DNA of 64,000 nt, taken from assembly GCF_016433145.1 (NCBI RefSeq), contig NC_058131.1, positions 323,977,008 to 324,041,007 of the forward strand, read 5' to 3'. The notes under the pieces were generated by a model, which worked only from the letters and a program-made list of their open reading frames with translations, ran no database searches and was not told where the DNA came from. Below are positions 49,237 to 61,780 of the stretch, one piece after another; within the stretch, counting starts at the first letter, position 1; each line of letters starts with the position of its first letter. This DNA is from Gracilinanus agilis. Lineage: Eukaryota. A program made the position numbers and the translations under genes.

Positions 49237-50212
49237 TTAACCATTTACAGTTTGCCAGGCACTGTGCTAAATTCTGAGGATTCAAAGCACATTTAAATTT
49301 TTGTTATTTCCTGTTGTTACAAGGAGCTGGAGTTCTCCCCTAAAGTTGTTCATTATAGTGGTGGTCAGTGTGTTACCTCATTTTTAAAAAAATCCTTTAC
49401 TTTCTGTCTTTGTATTAATTCCAAGACAGAAGAGTAGGCAGGGCTAGGCAACCGAGGATAAATAACTTGCTGAGGGTCACACAGCTAATAATCTCATGTT
49501 AACTGTAAAAGAATTATCTTAAAATAATTTGAAGACTTGACATAATGATTTGTAGCAAGTGTTTTGTTATTTGTTAGAAACCTTTTGGAAAGATAGCTCT
49601 TCTATTTTGCCTTTGCTACCGGAGCTTTCCACAGCTTTAGAGCTGTGAGCAGTATGGTCTCCTTCCTTTGACAGGAGAAACAAGAAAAAGGAGGCCATAG
49701 GAAATTTAAAGAGATGATACTCAGAATATATAACTAAGAAACCCTAACCAGGTCTTCCCTTTCCTGCAGGTATCTATTCGTACTTGGGAGTTTATAACAG
49801 CCATGTATCTGACCTCACATTTTTGTTTAGAACTATAAAGACATGTCTCTTGTTTAAAATCATATTTTCTGTATTCAGTCCTATGCTCAAGAAGATGAAC
49901 TTTTTCATGGTTCATAATTAGCTTTTTTTTCCTTGAGGAAAATAACTTTATTGACATACTATTTCTTTCAAAGATAAAAGCATATTATGGTAATATGTAA
50001 AGAGGTAAAATAGGTAAAAGCTCTTGTAAAAACATTATGATTTTTAAAAGATCATGATATTTTAATTTCTTGAATTGTTTTATTTTTTATTGTTTAACAG
50101 TTTTAATTCCCACCCCACAGTATTCTCTTTCTCCAATCTGTAAATTTCACACATTTGAAGCTCTGTCCAAATATCGAGAGGTAGTTCAGCTCAGTCTAAA
50201 TACTATACTTCT

Positions 50213-50402
50213 GGGGGCAGCTGGGTAGCTCAGTGGATTGAGAGCCAGGCCTAGAGACAGGAGGTCCTAGGTTCAAATCCGGCCTCAGACACTTTCCAGC
50301 TGTGTGACCCTGGGCAAGTCACTTGACCCCCATTGCCCACCCTTACCACTCTTCCACCAAGGAGCCAATACACAGAAGTTAAGGGTTTAAAAAAAAATAA
50401 AA
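50213..50402 (+). mobile_element. Young SINE1_Mdo-type SINE, short-tail variant
   Basis: Near-consensus with intact CpGs; perfect 16-bp TSD taaatactatacttct at 50197 and 50403. Confidence 0.93.
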
Positions 50403-50799
50403 TAAATACTATACTTCTCTCTCTCTTCTGCTAAGTAGCCTTTTCATTGGTTCTTTTTTTTTTTTGCCCTCAAATAATTTCAATTTTATTGGCAGTTAAG
50501 GCATATACAAGTTAGTAAAATACATATATAATCAAAGCAATACAAAGTTATTTCAATAGTGGGAGAATATTAACAAATACTTTGAGGGATCAGATATGGT
50601 CTTATGTAGAAAGTAAAATCTGAACTCTGAAGGAATCTAGGGATTTTAAGAGGAAAAGGTGAAGAGCTGCTGGGTTGCAGTCATGGGAGACCATTCATAC
50701 AAAGAAGACACAGAGATAGATTACTAGTGGCAAAAGCAGTAATGGAACTCAGATCCAATATTCTTTTCTTCCTGAGCCCTGGATGTGACAAGAAAAAGC

Positions 50800-52745
50800 C
50801 AAAATAAAGGATCTTCTCTTTGGAATTTTTAGTTTTCCCCAGGGATTAAAGGAAGCATGAGAAACCACATGAACAGTCACTAGTGAGGTTTGAAGCAAAA
50901 ACGATTCCTCTTCTATAGTGTAAAGAATATTTCCAGATGATAATGTATACTGTTGCAAATGTGACGGTGGAGGGAGGGCAGTATATTCTCTCTTTTGATA
51001 TACATTAACTACATTTTTGAATAAACTCCTATGTCAAAATAAATGGACACTCAGGTCCAGTTCAACTTTCCTCCTTCTCTTTCCCCTACCATGTTTTTTT
51101 TAAAAAAACATTTATTAATATTCATTTTTAACCTGTTTACATACTTTATGCCCCTACTTTCCCCTTCACCCCCCCGCTCTCCCCCCACCCATGGCCGACA
51201 CACATTTCCCCTGGTTGTAACATGTGTCCTTGTTCAGGGCCTATTTCCATATTGTTGATATTTACATTGGTGTGGTTGTTTCGAGTCTACATCCCCAATC
51301 ATGTCCTCCTCATCCCATGCGTTCAAGCAATTGTTTATCTTCTCTGTTTCTTCTCCTGCAGATCTTCCTCTGAATGTGGGTAGCATCTTTACCATAAATC
51401 CCTCAAAGCTGTCTTGTGTCATTGCATTGTTGCTGGTACAGAAGTCCATTACATTCAATTTTACCACAGTATATCAGTCTCTGTGTACAATGTTCTTCTG
51501 GCTCTGCTCCTCTCACTCTGCATCAGTTCCTGGAGGTCTTTTCCAGTTCACCTGGAACTCCTCCAGTTTATTATTCCTTTTAGCATAATAGTATTCCATC
51601 ATCAGCATATACCACAGTTTGTTCAGCCATTCTCCAATTGAAGGGCATACCCTCCTTTTCCAGTTTTTTGCCACCACAAAAAGCAGCTATAAATATTTTC
51701 GTACAAGTCTGTTTATCTATGATCTCTTTGGGGTACAAACCCAACAATGGTATGGCTGGATCAAAGGGCAAGCATTCTTTTATAGCCCTTTGAGCGTGAT
51801 TCCAAATTGCCAGCCAGAATGGTTGGATCAGTTCACAGCTCCACCATCAATGCATTAATGTCCCCTTTTCATTGATTCTTGCTTTGCCCTTTCCCATTGC
51901 CTTCTCCATAGTTTCAAGATATCTCTCTTTTCAAGGTGAAGATTTCCTGGAATTTTAAATCTCCTCATTTTCAATGATGTTTTTGAGCTATTTATTTCAA
52001 GTCTGATTCTTTGGCTATCACAGTTAATTGTTGTCACCTGTATATATACAGTTCCTGTCTTACCTTGAAGTTTATTACATTCTTCACACACAAAGAATTT
52101 ATTACTTGACATCATGCTTTTTTATCTTCTTGACATCATGCTTCTTTATCTTCAGTTGGGTTGGGGCAAGTTTTTCTTTCTTGACAATGACTAGTCTTTT
52201 CAGTGATGTTTTTGGTCCTCAGTTTTTTTAATTCTTCTGTCTGAGCACTTTCAGTCTTATTTCTTTGGCCATTCTCAGCAAGTTCTTACATATTCTTTTA
52301 ATATAATTGTGGTTCTATTTGGAATGCAAGCATACTCTTATTGCAGCTCAATAGGCTTCATATTTCTTAGTCATGTCAAGCTTTGATGTTTTGAGTTTCA
52401 GCATCATCTCTTTCATTTTATCTTTTTCATTTTTTAACTTCCTTGGAGAGTCCACAATTTTTGTTTTCAAATCCTCCCATTCTTCTTTCAAAGTAAGTAG
52501 TGACAATTTTAATTAATGCAAATGTTTAGTCATTTCATCAATGTCTAACTTATGGGAAATTCTTTCTTGTATTGTTACTGGTTTTTAATGAAATCTGTTC
52601 AGTGTTTATTATGGCTCCTGGATGTCTTCTAAGAGTTGTTTGAATTCTACTTTTCAACAGGGTTGAGTTAAGTTTTTCCAGCTTCATTAATGCTCCCTGT
52701 TGGGCTACATGGAGCTGCCGCATTTTTTCCATAAAAGATTTATAT
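50800..52745 (-). mobile_element. Older L1 ORF1-region fragment split by the young L1
   Basis: Degenerate ORF1 text (FQEI..DIL..EGK..RI) right of 51864, apparently continuing (KIL, WNMIFQKAK, QGK-like) left of 51076. Confidence 0.55.
51076..51864 (-). mobile_element. Young 5'-truncated L1 (ORF2 C-terminus plus 3'UTR)
   Basis: ORF2 remnant PFDPAIPLLGLYPKEI...CTKIFIAA; L1 3'UTR and poly(A) at ~51076-51090. Confidence 0.9.
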
Positions 52746-52825
52746 CACCATAAATATTATATGTATATTTCTTGATGGGATTATTTTAAATGAAGTAAAT
52801 AATGACACTTAAAAATCAACATGTA

Positions 52826-52992
52826 GGGGGCAGCTAGGTGGCTCAAATCTGGCCTCAGACACTTCCTATCTGTGTGACCCTGGGCAAGTCACTTAACTCC
52901 CATTGCCTAGCCCTTGCCATTCTTCTGCCTTGGAACCCATACACAGTATTGATTCCAAGACGGAAGGTAAGGGTTTTTTAAAAAAAAAAACC
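52826..52992 (+). mobile_element. SINE1_Mdo-type SINE with internal A-box to B-box deletion
   Basis: ggtggctca joined directly to aatctggcctc (about 40-45 nt missing, tca microhomology). Confidence 0.8.
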
Positions 52993-53701
52993 CAACAGGT
53001 ACATTTTCCTTTTGGGTACAGAATATCAGCAGACTCAAAATCATTCACCTGAAGATGTGAAGAAAAGAATCCATATAAATAAACAGGTTAAATAATAGTA
53101 AGAAGCCTTCCATTATCTGGGAGTACATAACTTCAGCATTCACTGGCATCATGTAAAAAGAGCCCAGCTGATTCCCATATATAATTTATAGAGTTTGCAA
53201 GAAAATCCTGAGCATGACTTCTGGCTTTAGTTTTGGAAAAAGATAATTCTTGGAAAGGTTTTTGCCATCAGCTCCTGTCAGCATGGAATTTTGGTAGTCA
53301 CAATCTTAGCTGGATTAAGTATGGGAAAAGACAGGATTGCCATTCTGAGCCCTCCTCAAAAGTGTTCCAGTCTTCAGCCTCACCTCTTGCCCTGTAACTC
53401 AGTTCTTCACCCACCAACTTAACCCCAGAGTTCAATCCACAATTAGCTTTTCACATAGAGCTATTGGCCCAAGTTTAATAGCATTCATTTAATTGGACAC
53501 AAGCTGGTCACTTATATAGGAAAGGGGTAACACTCTTTGTATTTGTAATTCATAATATCATAGGTCTTGAGTTGGAAGGGACTTCAGGCTATCTACAGCC
53601 AACTTCTTCATTTTATATATACAGAAATTGAGGCTCAGAGATTGTGACTTGCCTATGGTCACACCTGTGATTCTATACTTTCCTTTCCTCTTCCCCTCCC
53701 T

Positions 53702-53907
53702 TCTTTTTTTAAAGCTGTACCACCTTCTGTCTTAGCATTAATACTGTATATTGGTTCCAAGGCAGAAAAGTGGCAGGGGCTTGGCAGTGGGGGTTAAGTG
53801 ACTTGCCCAGAGTCACACAGCTAGGAAACATCTGAGGGCAGATTTGAACCCAGGTCCTCCCATCTCTAGGCTTCACTCTTAATCCACTGATTTGCCTAGA
53901 TGCCCCC
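53702..53907 (-). mobile_element. SINE1_Mdo-type SINE
   Basis: Reverse-complement body and tail. Confidence 0.8.
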
Positions 53908-55109
53908 TGATTCAATATTTCTCAAGTTTTTAAATGCTAGATTTCATTTGAAATGTAAGGTACTAGTAGGTCTGTGTATATCCTGCCTAATGTTGCCCCA
54001 AATTTAAAAATACATGTTTTTAATACATTATCTAATAAAACTCCAATTTAAATCACATGAAACCCACTGTAACCTTGCTCCAGATGTTGACTGCCTTTCT
54101 TGCTTGCTTTCAGGAAACTTCCAGATAGTCTTTGCAATGAGAGTTGTGAGTCCAAAAGATAAGAAATCAAAGCCAGGGATTAATCAGGTAGCAGCAATAG
54201 GTGATAAGAAATTTGCCTGATGACAGTGACTGTATTCTCCTGGGCTTCCACTGTTTCCCAGAGAGGTGCAATTTCTATTGAAAAGAGGTCAAGAAGAGAT
54301 GAGTAAATCTAAATAAAAAGAGTTGAGGACAAAAGAGATTTCTGCTGAGTTGAGAAGTACTGATGACAAGCAGGAAAGAATTTTCATTTTTAGCTGTGCA
54401 TTTTGGCTGTGACCCAATAGCTCCTGTTTTTAAGGGCACTCATCTTATGAATTGTCATTTTGCCTACCATTGGTTTTTTTTTTCATGCAGCTAATTAAAC
54501 AATATTATCTTGGGGGGTGGGGAGGGAGACCTTTAATGCAGATCCCAAAAATTAAAGAAATTTTTATTTTAGGGAAAAGTGAGTGTTAAAATAGATTAGT
54601 GTTGTATACTTATTCCAAGGAAAATACTTCCCTTATTTAGGAGAATAAGTTGCTTTTAAGCTCTTAGAATCTTGTAGGTTCCAAATTCTTATTTTGTAAG
54701 CTAATTACAAACAGACCTTCATCCTCAGTTAAGTGTAACTATAGTAGCTCCCTTTGGATAGTAACATTTTTACTTAAGTGTTACTGTTTGTCCTTGAAAG
54801 TTGGACAAATCCATTCCTTTAGCAACCTTATCACGTTAGTCCAAATGAGTGAGTTTATTTTTTTTATTAAATCATTCTAATTAAAAAACTAAAAGATCAC
54901 TTAGAAAACCATGAATCAAAAAAAAAACTTTGAAGCTTTAACACTATTTACAAACAGAAGAGCAAATTCAAAAATGAAGCAAGTAACTATGTATTTTAAA
55001 AGGAACATTCCTTCCAAAGATCATTTTAAACATAGTCAAGAAGATCTGAATCTGAATCCTGCCTCAGATACTAGAAGCATGACCCTGAACAAGTCACTTA
55101 GTCTCATTT

Positions 55110-55299
55110 TTATTTTTAATTTTTTTTATTTTTTAAACCCTTAACGTCTGTGTATTGACTCCTTGGTAAGGGTGGGCAATAGGGGTCAAGTGACTTGCCC
55201 AGGGTCACACAGCTGGGAAGTGTCTGAGGCCAGATTTGAACCTAGGACCTCCCGTCTCTAGGCCTGACTCTCAATCCACCGAGCTACCCAGCTGCCCCC
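55110..55299 (-). mobile_element. Young short-tail SINE inserted in a MIR/MAR element
   Basis: Near-consensus body with CpGs; host CORE resumes on both sides. Confidence 0.82.
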
Positions 55300-56399
55300 A
55301 GGTTCCTCATTTTTAAATGGGGATAATAAAATCATGTACCTCACAGGATTGTTGTGAAAATTAAATGAAATTACATATGTAAAACATTTTGCAAATTTTA
55401 AGTGTTACATGAATGCTAGCCAATATTTCTGTCAGGTAACGTTTTCACTCTCAGAAGTCTGATTCTAAGCACAGAGAAGAAAATCCTTAGGAAGATGTTC
55501 ACAGTTAAACATTTCCTGAAATTCCCTGCTTTCTTAGCTGTCCCAATGACTCATACCAGCTAGTAATGGAGCTGTTCATTTGAATAATGGACTTACAAAG
55601 GTCTGAGCTCTGAGTTGGAATCAGAAAATAATCAAAAAGAAACACTCTTTGTCCAGAAAAAATAGGCTTCTTAAAACTAGTTCAATATTTTAGACCAGGG
55701 CCTCATAGTGGTCTCAGATTCTTTTGCCCTGCATGTAAAATATCCAAAGAATAGGTCTAAGACGGGCATACCTACAGTGAGTGAAAACACATCATGATCA
55801 AAAGCCATCAGTATCTTATAAACTGAGATGAGGAGAATTAGTTCTTTTTCCACTTCCATTTTTTTCCATCTTTCCTATCAAAAAATCAAGGAGCAGAATT
55901 TAATTAACCTCAATTGGCAACATTAACTGTACATCTTATGGAAAATAAATAGCCAAATCACTTAATATTGTCACTTGTCCCTGGTTGCCAAAGTTTCTTC
56001 TGAAGAGAAGTGCTGAGAAGTAGAAACATTGAAGTGAACTATGTTAGGAAAAGAGATTATTTCTTTTGTCCCATTGTCAGTGTCATACTCCTAAAAATTT
56101 TTTTAGAAGTTTTCTAAAATCCAGATTAGTACTGCTTGAACCCCCAAATTTTATATAACTTTTGTTTGAATTATGAACCATTATTAAAATTTGTACATGG
56201 TAAATCAACAGTCATTTTTCAGATTAGAAAACTGAAGCCAAGGGGTGATGCTTGGATGTGCCCAAGGTCACACAGGAACTGGATTTTGAACCCAAATCTT
56301 CTGACCTTTTAGAGGCTTCACTTTCTAATTTGGATCTTGGTATCTAGTTGTCTTCCTTTTAGACTAAGTGAATTGTGAAACATAAAGCAGTTATGCCAT

Positions 56400-57640
56400 A
56401 AGAGAACCCAACCATCTTATCAAGAAAAACTGACATTAGAGGGCCAGCAGAAAACCAGCAGATAGACCTGTGGGGCCTATCTGTTGTAGTGGGCATATCT
56501 TAGAGAAAGATCCAGCAAAAGAGATTGAGAAGGAGCAATTAGACAAGTAGGCAAAGAACTAATCGTGTCATTAAAAACCTAGAGAGAAGAGAATATCCAG
56601 GAAAGGGAACATGATTAATTACATCAAATACAGAGAAATCAGGAAGGATGAAGATCAAGAAGCCATTAGATTTTGCAATTAAGAGACTGGATAATTGGAG
56701 ACAACAGTTTTAGAGTTCGGAAGTCAAAATACAGAGAATTAAGAAATAAAAAGAACTGGAGGTACAAATAGTTTTAAAAAGTAGTTATGAGGGGGCAGCT
56801 GGGTAGCTCAGTGGAGTGAGAGTCAGGCCTAGAGAAAGGAGGTCCTAGGTTCAAACCCGGCCTCAGCCACTTCCCAGCTGTGTGACCCTGGGCAAGTCAC
56901 TTGACCCCCATTGCCCACCCTTACCAATCTTCCACCTATGAGACAATACACCGAAGTACAAGGGTTTAAAAAAAAAAAAAGTAGTTATGAAAAGGAAGAG
57001 ATATGAGATGATAGCTAGGGGGTGGTTGGGGCAAATGAAATTGTTTTAAGGATGGGAGAGGTTTGGGTGTGTTTATAAGCAATTAGGAAGAAGATGGAAG
57101 GCAAGAGAAGAAATGAAGGCAGTTTGGTAGAAGAGATGAGAAGAGATGGGATCAGTGGTTCATGTAAAGGAATTAGAGTTGGCAAGAAGAAAAAGATAGA
57201 GGCAAATAATTGTGATCTGAGACAAGGAAAAGAGTTTTCGGTAAATAACCTCAATTTTTTTCAATAAAGTGAAAGCTGAAGTCTTTAGCAAAGGAAGAGG
57301 AAAGGAACTTTGGGAGCCTTGAGAAGAGATGTGGTTTGGAATAGCTGCAATGGAAAGTGATTGTTGTATGTTGTAATAAGGGCTGAGTTGAAATTAGATA
57401 ACAATTATGTTGTGGACCCAATTGGTTAACAGTTTCATTGTTTTTTTCAATTTTATTTAGCATCAGTAGGAGTGAAGAAGGTTGATGTTATGGTAAGATT
57501 GGGGATTGGCAAAACATGATTTGTGATGGAAAGAGGCAAAGGACTGGAGTGTAGAGGATAGGGTAGAGTTGAATTGGTTCAGCAAAGTGTCAAAATAGGT
57601 AACAAAGGGGAGTGTTGCCAATATGAAGATATTGGGCAAA
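56400..57640 (-). mobile_element. L2 fragment interrupted by a young SINE (56791-56975, +)
   Basis: Purine-rich L2 antisense; SINE TSD aaaaagtagttatga at 56776 and 56976. Confidence 0.7.
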
Positions 57641-58589
57641 AAAGAATGGAGATCATTGTCATGGAAAGCTTTTGGATGAAAACCATTTTAAGGAGGAAAA
57701 ACTATTGACATTGGTTTATATTACTAAGTACCTAGATAGAAGGAGGAAATGGATAAGGAATTCCAATAAATAAACCTGATTTGCAAGCATTCTATAATAA
57801 TGTTGAAGAAAAAAATACTGGTGTACTCTGTATTTTAGGCACTGTGCCAGAAACAATTTAATTTAACATTAATCTTTGTCCAAGCCATTTTTGGCTTGGA
57901 GAGATGGATGTTCAAACTGACATCCCCTAGATTCTCTGGCACATCTCTCTACTACTCAAGATAATTTGAAGTCACGTTTATAAGAATCTTGAACAAAGAA
58001 AAAGTCATCATATGTTGAGGTTTGACATTAATATTCCAGAATAGTAGAGTAAAAAAGTTATTATTCTTTTCTTCTGTATCCTCAAAGAATCAGTGGTATT
58101 TCTGGAATAAACAATAAACTCCTATAATTAATTATCTTAATTTTTTTCTCAGTGGAGAATCAGTGTAGAAAGGTGTGAGTGATAGCTCCAGTCATTTCAG
58201 AGGATATACAAAGAATGGATCCATAGCCCAGTAACTTCAGGGAGTAGGGAAGGCTATATTCTTAATTATTAGACAGGTACTCTGTTCTAATATTCTAAAT
58301 TTTGGCTACTACCCTTAATCCATTTCCCTAAGAAAGACTTTCACAGGGACCCTGGAAAAAGGCCTTTGTTGTTGTTCAAAAAAAAATTGAATATTTTTTG
58401 TTTTACTAGTTTCTAATGTGCTTCCACAGTATTGATAGGAGTCTCCAATACTCTGGCATCTTCTCTCCAACAAGAGAAAAGTCAATTATAAATTCATTTA
58501 ATTGCCAATCAAAAATGACTGAACAAGCTACTATTCTCTCAAGAGAATAGTGCATGAAGAGTGCTTATAAATTAAATCTTGCTCAGCAG

Positions 58590-60900
58590 TGCCTACATTC
58601 CCAGTGAGAACAGATGTGGCAAACAGGAATTTTGCTTGCTTTAAAGGTCATTTCATCCTTCTGAAGACAGAAGAAGAGATAAGAGGAACTACTATTCTGG
58701 ATCTGATTCTGATGAATTGCTGAAGTAGAAACAAGGGAAACCTTGGGAGCAACTGACCACTCCATCTTAGAATTTGTGATTAAAGTGAGGAAAATTAGGC
58801 ATAGTTTGATGTACATCATATTCTTGGGAAAAGCCAATTTCAAAGTATTGGGAGAATCTTGTGGACTAAAATTCTGCAAGGGAAAATCACATAAAAGAAT
58901 GGGAGGATCTCAAGAATGAAATTCTGAAGTTAACAAATGATTGTAAGCTGAAACTTTCTTAAGGGGAACAAATATAATTACAAAATCTAAGAGTTGGAAG
59001 GGACATCAGTAGGCATCCCTTATGTCAAGAAATCCCTATGTCAGGCAGAGGCTTGACAACTAAGAAGGACAGGAACCCATCTCCTTTTAGGTATCCTATT
59101 CTCTTTTTGGATAGCTTTCACCCATTGTTCTTGGTTCTGCCATTTAGAGAAAAAGAAAACAAATCTATTCCCTTTCCCATGTGACAAACTTTCATATATT
59201 TGAAAGCAACTACCACAGCCCCAGCCTTCTCCAGGCTAAATGCTCCCAGCTCCTTTAACCATATGACAGTGACTCAAAGCACTTCGCCATTCTGATTTTC
59301 CTCCTCTTTTGGACACAAGCTAGCTTATCAATATCATTCTTAAACTCGTGCTCAGAACTGACCACAATATCTGCAGAGGAGGTCTGACAGAGAGAGCATG
59401 GCAGGATTATCACCTCCTTATTCTTGCCTTTCTTGATGGAGCACAACGTCACATTAGCTGTCATGACTGCCACATCACTCTGCTGACTGATTATAGTCCG
59501 TTAAAATCCCGAGGTCTTTTTCAGGTAAATTGTGATCCAACTATGCCTCCTTCATCCTACACTTGTGAAGTTGATTTTTTTGAAATGTCTATTCGGGGAA
59601 AAGGACAAACATTTATTAAGCACCTATATGTGCCTGGCACCATGCTAAGTGCTTCACAAATGTCTCATTTGATCTTCAGCAATCTGAAAGGTAGATGATA
59701 TTATTTCTGTTTTATGGAAGGTGAAACACTCAAAGAATACAATGACTTTTGATCGTGGTCTCATAGCTAGTGAATGTCTGAGGCTGGATTTGAACTCAAA
59801 TTTTTCTGCCCCCAGGCCCAATGTTAGAGCCCCTTTTGTGGGGCAGAACAGTAAGGGCGACGGGGAAAAAAAAAAAAAGAGACAAGACAGTGTAGGGTTG
59901 GAAGGAGCTCAGTCCACTGATGGCAGCTGAGTGCTGCTTATTGAATGAATACTCAAGCTTTTTAAAGGCAAAAACCACAAGGAATTTTTCTCATGAAAAT
60001 TCAAGCATCTTTCCCATAACAATGTAGCTTTGAGAGAAAAAGAGCCTTGAGTGAAGAACTAAAGGTGGGGGTAATCAGAGACATAACAGGAACTGAGAAA
60101 AAGGGAGAATCAGGTGCTGAAAAAAACATGTTATCTGTCTGGGAAATAAGGTCTGGGAAAAGATTATTGCCTCAAATCAGCAACTTGTAGAGGAATATGG
60201 AAACTGAGGGAATCAGCTATTTTGAATGGTGGGAAATGTGGAAGCTGAGGGCTCTCAGGGCTTAGACAAACCTAACATCAGGGGTCAACAGACCTTTGCC
60301 TTTTCAGACCCTGAGACCTCAGTCCCTAACAGCCCAACACATTTTCCATTGGGCCACTAGTTGCCTTGACCAAGTGGTAAGATTTTACATTTATCTCTAT
60401 TGAATTTCGTCTTGCTAGGTTCATTCCAATGCTTCAGCTTATTAGGATCTTTTTGCATCTTCAACTTTGGCAAACAGTGTTAACTATGCTTCCCATTATT
60501 GTACTGTCTCTAAATCTGATGAGTTTGCCCTTGATGCTTTTACTCAAGTGATTGATAAAAGTATGAAATAGTATGGATCCAGATTCCTGGGTGGCTCCAC
60601 TGGTTACCGCTGCCATGATGAGTCTGGCCAAGTTTCAATCTATCTAATGGTATTATTGTTTAGCTCATATGTCCTCGATTTCTCCATCAGGGTACTATGA
60701 AACACTTTGACCAACAGCTCACTAAAAATCTAAGTAAGTTATAGCTATGGCAATCCCTTCATTTTTAAGTTTTAATAACTGTTTAAACAGAAAATAAAGT
60801 TAGACTGGCATGACCTGTTCTTCATAAAGCCATGTTGATGCTTTGTAATCACTGCCTCTCAATGTTGATGATCAACGACCGACTCTTTAATTCTAGAATC
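58590..60900. mobile_element. L3/CR1 fragments (~58590-58930 +; ~59040-59560 -; ~60340-60900 -)
   Basis: Remnants LG..DH.ILEF.I and KANF; ttctccaggctaaat CR1 motifs; boundaries approximate. Confidence 0.6.
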
Positions 60901-60964
60901 TTCTAAGGAATTAATGTTAAGTTCTGTTTTAGACCAGGAGCAAGCTGTTCCACTCTCTACCCCC

Positions 60965-61268
60965 CATGAAAGTTCTGCTATTGGAGAGTTTGAGGCTGCT
61001 GAATCTCTTGAACTGAGGAGTTCTGAGTTGAAGTAAGGCTAAAGCTGATCTGATATCAGACTAAAGGTGCCAATATGGTGAGCCCCACTCGAACCATCAC
61101 TACCCCAATCTGAGGAAGAAGGGAACCAGGCTGCCTATGAAGAGGTCAACCAATCCAGGTTAGAAACAGCAGATCAAAGCTTCTGTGTCAATCGGTAGTG
61201 GGATCTGTCAGTAAATAGTTGCACTCCCAACCTGGGTAACATAAGGAAACGTAGTCAGAAAAAAAAAA
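60965..61268 (+). pseudogene. 7SL (SRP RNA)-derived retrocopy with poly(A) tail
   Basis: Colinear with 7SL: gaggctg..ga.tc.cttga, ggagttctg, caatatggtga, ccagg.tgccta, ccaggt..gaaac.gcag.tcaaa, gtagtgggatc, tgcactcc, cctggg.aacata; A10 tail at 61259. Confidence 0.85.
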
Positions 61269-61444
61269 GCAAATAACCCATCATCTTTTTGTTTTTATTA
61301 AATAGAAATGAATGTGAAGTATACACACAAACACTGTCAGCAAGGATATACCAATTCAGCTAACACCAGCAGCCTCACTAGCAAGAAATAATTCATCAAA
61401 TCTGTAGAGCTACCCTCTTAATAATAGCTAATAAATAATAATGC

Positions 61445-61780
61445 TGTTGTTCAGTCATTCAATCGTGTCCAACTCTTTGTGACCCCATGGACCATAGCTA
61501 TACATGGGATTTTCTGGTCTAAGATGCTAGAAGGATTTGCTTGCCATTTCCTTCTCTGGTGGAACTAATGTTTATTGGAGCAACTATAAACAGTGGATAG
61601 AGTGCCAAGTCTGGAGTCAGAAAGACTCCTCTTCCTGGGTTCAAATCCAGCCTCAGACACAGACAGCTTTGTGACCTTGGGCAAGTCACTTCATCCTATT
61701 TGCCTCAGTTTCCTCATCTGTACAATGAAAAGGAGAAGGAAATATAAACCACTCCATTATCTTTGCCAAGAAGTCCACTG
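61445..61780. mobile_element. RTE-tail fragment (-) and MAR1-type SINE (+, ~61575-61780)
   Basis: gttcagtcattcaatcgtgtccaactctttgtgacccc; CORE plus gaaggaaat..aaaccactcca.tatctttgccaagaa. Confidence 0.72.

Noticed and set aside
52106-52153. 24-bp tandem duplication ttgacatcatgctt(t/c)tttatcttc
   Set aside because: Ordinary slippage inside a dead L1
54115-54190. Exon-like segment ttgctttcag|...CAG|gtagca in intergenic DNA
   Set aside because: Isolated pseudo-exon with no recognisable protein
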